A DNA stretch of 63,987 nucleotides, counting the filler, from Vezdaea acicularis (Eukaryota): the NCBI GenBank assembly GCA_026025075.1. It is 4 parts of 4 records of this genome, joined end to end, with 100 filler letters (N's around TTAATTAATTAA, not from the genome) between each part and the next. Parts side by side here need not be neighbours in the genome. Positions count along the whole stretch, not along the records: positions 58,043 to 63,987 come from JAPEUI010000290.1; 3 more parts are not named here. One strand, 5' to 3'. Both the position numbers and the translations under genes were made by a program. This document shows positions 59,470 to 63,987 of this stretch, piece after piece. A model generated the notes under the pieces. It was given only the letters and a program-made list of their open reading frames with translations, ran no database searches and had not been told where the DNA came from. The stretch's first letter is position 1, and every line of letters begins with the position of its first letter.

Positions 59470-62400
59470 CTGTTGCAATGGAGAATCGTCAGCGCACTGC
59501 CATCAACATATGTGAAAAGAAGACTTTGCAACTCGATCTGAATGAAAACCACTGAACAAAACCAAGCTTGCTCTGAGAAATCAAAGAAGCACTTTGTCTT
59601 CGCCGAGTTTCATCACAAGGAGGGGTGGTCTCTGGTCAGGACAGGGAAGTCCATTCGCCAGCCCGTGCCAGACCCCGAACAACCCGGCCAGACAGGCAAC
59701 GGATGAGGCTGCAGACAAATACTCACGATCGACAATAGCGGGCGATCGTAGGACCGGGGACTTTTTTTTTTCTCTCCGCCAAACTCGGTCGTAGCCCGAT
59801 AGGTGGGCGCGGCGAAGTTGTTCGAGAGAAGACTGACAGGACGACAAGACAAAAAAAAAGCAAAGGGTACAAGACAAGGATAAAGCTTGACGGTCCTATC
59901 GAGCGACGTTGTCGATAGTGTTTTGAGAACCGAACGAAAGGAAAGGGAGCAGGCTGGGGGAGGGCTGGATATGAATGACGGGGCTCCTAGGACGGCCAGG
60001 AAAGACGGACGGCGAGTCCCAGGCTTCTCCTCGCCCAGAGACGGGGAGGGAGGAGGGGGGCGGGGGGCGCTCGCATTTAGCGCTAGGCATGGTGCCATGT
60101 AGCAGAGGTCCATCGCGCGATGTTGGGCAGCGAATGCATGCAGCTACATATGCAGCTCACGGCGGATATGCGACAACAGGAAAGTCTCTTCTCGAAGAAA
60201 TGGAAGGACGCCGTGCAGCGACTTACAGGATCATTCCCAACCGGCGCCACCTCTTCCTTATAGCCCCCGGGGGGACCTAAATCTTGCGGATGTGCCATCT
60301 ATCGCGAGGGCTGGGGGATAAGTTCAATCTTGTTCGAACGTCCGTGCGTAGAGCCGAAAGCTACTACACTTTCAAAATGAGGTGTCGCGCTGATTTAGAC
60401 TTCGCCGATGCTTTGAGACAGAGAGCACAGGCGCCTTGCCCTGCAGCTGTCAATAATCTTTTTCGGTGGTTTTGAAGCGTGATGGCGCGGCCAGTAACCT
60501 GGGCAAAGATCGCAACGTTCAATCCTGGATCGGCTGGCAAGAAGAATTGAAAGTTTTTTCGAGGTGGAGGAAATTTCTTCGGTGTTTCAAGAGTCGCGCG
60601 CTCGACACACGACGTGTTGTAAGGACCGACAGAATCTTGCAGAGTCCAGATCGCAAGCATGAAAAAGAAAGAGATTTATAAGCGCGCGAGCTGACCTCTC
60701 CACGAAGCTCTGAAGGAGGGGTATGCGGCCGATGCTGACCGAGTCTTGTTCGGAGAAGACGCTTGACGGACAGACCGATGATTGCAGGTCCTTAGAAGTG
60801 ACTTTTTGCTCGATTGTGTCCGCTCGAGTCACGTCGAGCGTGGTGTGTGTTGCAGTCGTCAAGCTAGCACTCTCTTCCCACCTGAAAGCCTCACTTCCTC
60901 AGCGGCGTCGTTCGTAGTCCTCTGCAATCCGAGAAAAACCTCCCCTATGAATCGAGTTCTTTCTGACGCTTCTCGTTTCCCACCGACCAAAGACACGTCG
61001 TGAAAAAATGATCGGAGCGCGCCGTCGAAGCTGAAGCGTCGCGTCGGTTCGAGTATGAAGTGAAATTAAAGCCCAGCGGGAAAAAAAAAGCCGTCTCGAA
61101 CTCTTTCCACGCAGCGATCAGCCCTGTCGTCGTGATGATCGCGTTCAAAGAAGAAGGGAAGTTGCGGGTGGGGGCCGTTGCGGGCGGTTGCCAAAGATCT
61201 CGAAGGCCCGAGGTTGTAACGCGATGCCGGGTTGATGCCTGGGTCAGGAGGACGGTATTTCTCAAATGCTATCCGCGGGCGGATGGGGCAGACGACGGTC
61301 CGCCGGCGATTCACCGCCTCTTGTCAAGGGCGGCGGCTTTGCCAATGAAAGCTGGAGGACTCGTTCGTCCGTCGGCGCACTGCAGGGCACGGGGAGGGCG
61401 AGAGGGCGAGGGCAGCAGAAGAGGATGGGTAACTCAGGCGGAGGCGACGGTTACAGAGGGTTGCCCGGTCGAGTAGTGGCGAATGGATGATGGAGAGGTG
61501 AAGGCGGCGAAGAGAAGGAGAAAGAGAGGCGCCGGGCGCATGGAGAATGAGAGGTACAGTGGAAGGTGAAGGTCGGCGCACGAGGTTCACGGCGTGCAGC
61601 GACGAGATTGTTGTGATGATGATGGAGGTCGTGGTTCTGCCCCCCCGTCGCAGGGAGTTGTCGGGGGTTCAGGATGGTTTAGCTTTGGCAACGGGAAAGC
61701 AGGGCTCGCTAATGCTGGGCGGGTTGGGGGGGGGGGAGCTGGTGGTGGCAGACGCGGTGCAGGAGCAGGGCAGGCAGGCAGGCAGCTCGTCGGCAGCAAC
61801 GGGCTTGGTCGGAGGGGGGGGTGGGGAGTGGGAGTGGGAGAGGACGGAGGAGGGCGTGGAGGGACCGGAGCTTGGGGGGTGGGAGGAGGGAGAGAGGGAC
61901 GAGCAGGGCAAGGGAGAAAGAGGGCGGACGCCGGCGGGATAGCTAGGGGGGGGGGCCTTGTCCGCCTCCCGACAGGCTCCTCTCTCTCTCTGCGCTATTC
62001 TGAGCGATTGCTACGACGTGCTCGAACCGAGTGGCTCGGAGGTTGGTGGGAGGAGGAGGAGGAGGAGGAGGGAGAAGGACGGGTCTTGGCCAGCTTCGGC
62101 CTTGACGGCGTCCGATGCACCAGTGCCGCCCCGGCGTCTCTAGCGTGGCGCCCGCTCGTCTCCACTCTCCCCGTTTCCCATTTCCGTGAGTCTCGCCGAC
62201 CGCCCCCCGGCCCCGTCTCACCCGGTCGCGCGCACGTCGCCCGCCCGTCGGCCGCGCCGTCCGTCGTAGTCATCACAACGGTCGGCAGCACATCGCTGTC
62301 CGAAGACGAAGGACGGGGGGTCGGCGTCGAGGGGTCGAGGGTCTGCGTCAAGGGCCCCGGTCGCGATCAGAGAAAAGGGAAGGGGCGATGGCCGAGCGAG

Positions 62401-63987
62401 ATGCGGCGACGCGGAAATAAACTTGGCAGGGCCCGTGGTCCCCTCACCTCCGTTCGCGAGCGTCGCTTCCCCCGTCGCCCCCAAGTATCTCCCGCCGGTC
62501 TGCGCTCGACGACGCGAACAGGACTCGACCCGGGATTCGAGTGGAGGGTTCGACGGATCCAGCGCCGTTCAGAAACGGGCGCGAACCGGTTTTGGTGATT
62601 GGGAAGGTGGGGGGGACTCGAGTCGAGTTGGCGTCGAGCCTTCAGGATCTTCATCTGTCGCCGTCCAAGCGGTCCGAGTACTTCCAAATTTGCGCCGTCT
62701 GCATCCCTTCCATTCGTATCTGCTTCCTGCTCCGGCCGCTGCGGAGGGGGGACCGTCGGACGCAGCCATCGGACCCGGGGGGCGTGACTAACGCCGCGCC
62801 GCCAGAGGAAGGATGATGAGGAGGGCGCGCCGCGGAGAGCTCGCTGAATCCGCTTGGTCTGTGCGACGGTAGTCGACATGTATCTTGTGCGCCAAAGCTA
62901 CACTCGAGAGGGGTTCCGGGTCCGGGTAAAGTTGTGTGCACCGTGCACTGCGTTCGAGGAATAGAGGAGGAGACGCCGAGACAGGAACGGCTTCACAGAC
63001 GAGATGGGAGGGCCGCGGCCAGGACGCCAGCCACGAGTTGCGAGAGAGATGACGGGGGGCGGGTCTCGAGTTTCACGGGGGGGGGGCTGGGCTTCGCGCG
63101 AGGCACGAGGAGAAACGGGGCGTGTGCGAGCGTGTGTTTCGAAGATGGTGACGTAGGAGTCTTGCCATGGCTAGCGCGGCCGAGAAGCCCAATATCGATT
63201 CCTCGCCGTCGGTCAAGATGGGAGGGCCCCTCGCCCGTTACAGAAAAGGCTCCGGCGGAACAAAACGCCTCTATCATTCTGTTTTCCGCCCGCCGCCCGA
63301 AGTCACGTCAAAGAAGCATCTCACGGGGAATGAGCGAGCACCGGCCGCCGCCACCTCCAACACCACCACCCCCAGAGAAGAGACAGAGACGGTGGAGTGG
63401 CGGTGGAGAGGCAGTTTCCGAGGTCGTTTCAGACCTCGATCGATGCCGTGCGCAGGGCGTAATTTACCAGACTTACGCCGCGGCGTAGTGTAGCTTTTGC
63501 AAACGACACCTCTTTTCTTTTGGTGCGTTCGAGAGGGGCTACCAAATGAGAGTACACATGCAGCAGTGGGATGCGGCGGGAAGGACGAAAGCAACGGACT
63601 CGGAAGAAAAGAGAAAGAGAGGGACCAGTGAAAGTCGAGTTGCGGTCGGTACCTGATGATCTCTACCCGTTTCCAATCGCGCGGCCGACCATGGCTACTC
63701 GTGCCATTGGTCGAAGGGGCCAGCCATGTCGCTTCATCCGATCTGATCAGATGGACAAGTGAAGCAACTCCGAGCCCAAAATAGCATGCACAAGAAGACA
63801 TTCTCTCGCCCCCAAGTCCATCCCATCGGAACGCTTTCGTTCATAGCAAAGTCCGTCTCAATCATCTGTATGCGCCAAGCAACGTCCTGTCTTGTCTGAG
63901 AAGCCAACCGGTTGTTGCCGCCGGTCGGTGCAGATTGCAGGGGCCCCTCCCTTTTCTCGCCTGCTCCGAACGAAACCTTCTCGGTAC

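Noticed and set aside
59500..63987. Many ORFs up to 334 aa
   Set aside because: G-run/GC-rich low-complexity translations on both strands; no coding signature.

Overview
Eukaryotic, intron-containing DNA from a filamentous ascomycete (Pezizomycotina). It consists of four contigs joined by artificial 100-nt N/TTAATTAATTAA/N linkers: 1-19381, 19482-38687, 38788-57942 and 58043-63987. Contig 1 carries a NACHT-TPR NLR-like gene head-to-head with a prodomain-less metacaspase, the divergent CHS4 activator / class IV chitin synthase pair, and a truncated membrane-protein gene. Contig 2 looks accessory and immunity-related: the 3' end of a WD40 NLR, an AAA+ ATPase, a Clr5/TPR-like gene, a BTB gene, an IFI6/IFI27-like gene and RIP-damaged remnants. 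Contig 3 is housekeeping-like: homeobox TF, tRNA-iMet, PI-PLC, CYP52-like P450, MFS transporter, NPR3, GFA protein and TRL1. Contig 4 holds part of a Q/P/H-rich conserved gene and a long upstream region. The standout is 37451-38687. What looks like an 80-bp satellite reads, on the minus strand, as at least 15 near-identical spliceosomal introns (GTAAGT...GCTRAC...YAG), each separated by exactly 3 hypervariable nucleotides. These codon-sized microexons can splice in frame onto an ankyrin-repeat exon, which suggests a splicing-based receptor-diversification system. All exon structures were derived by hand from splice consensus, with no transcript evidence.
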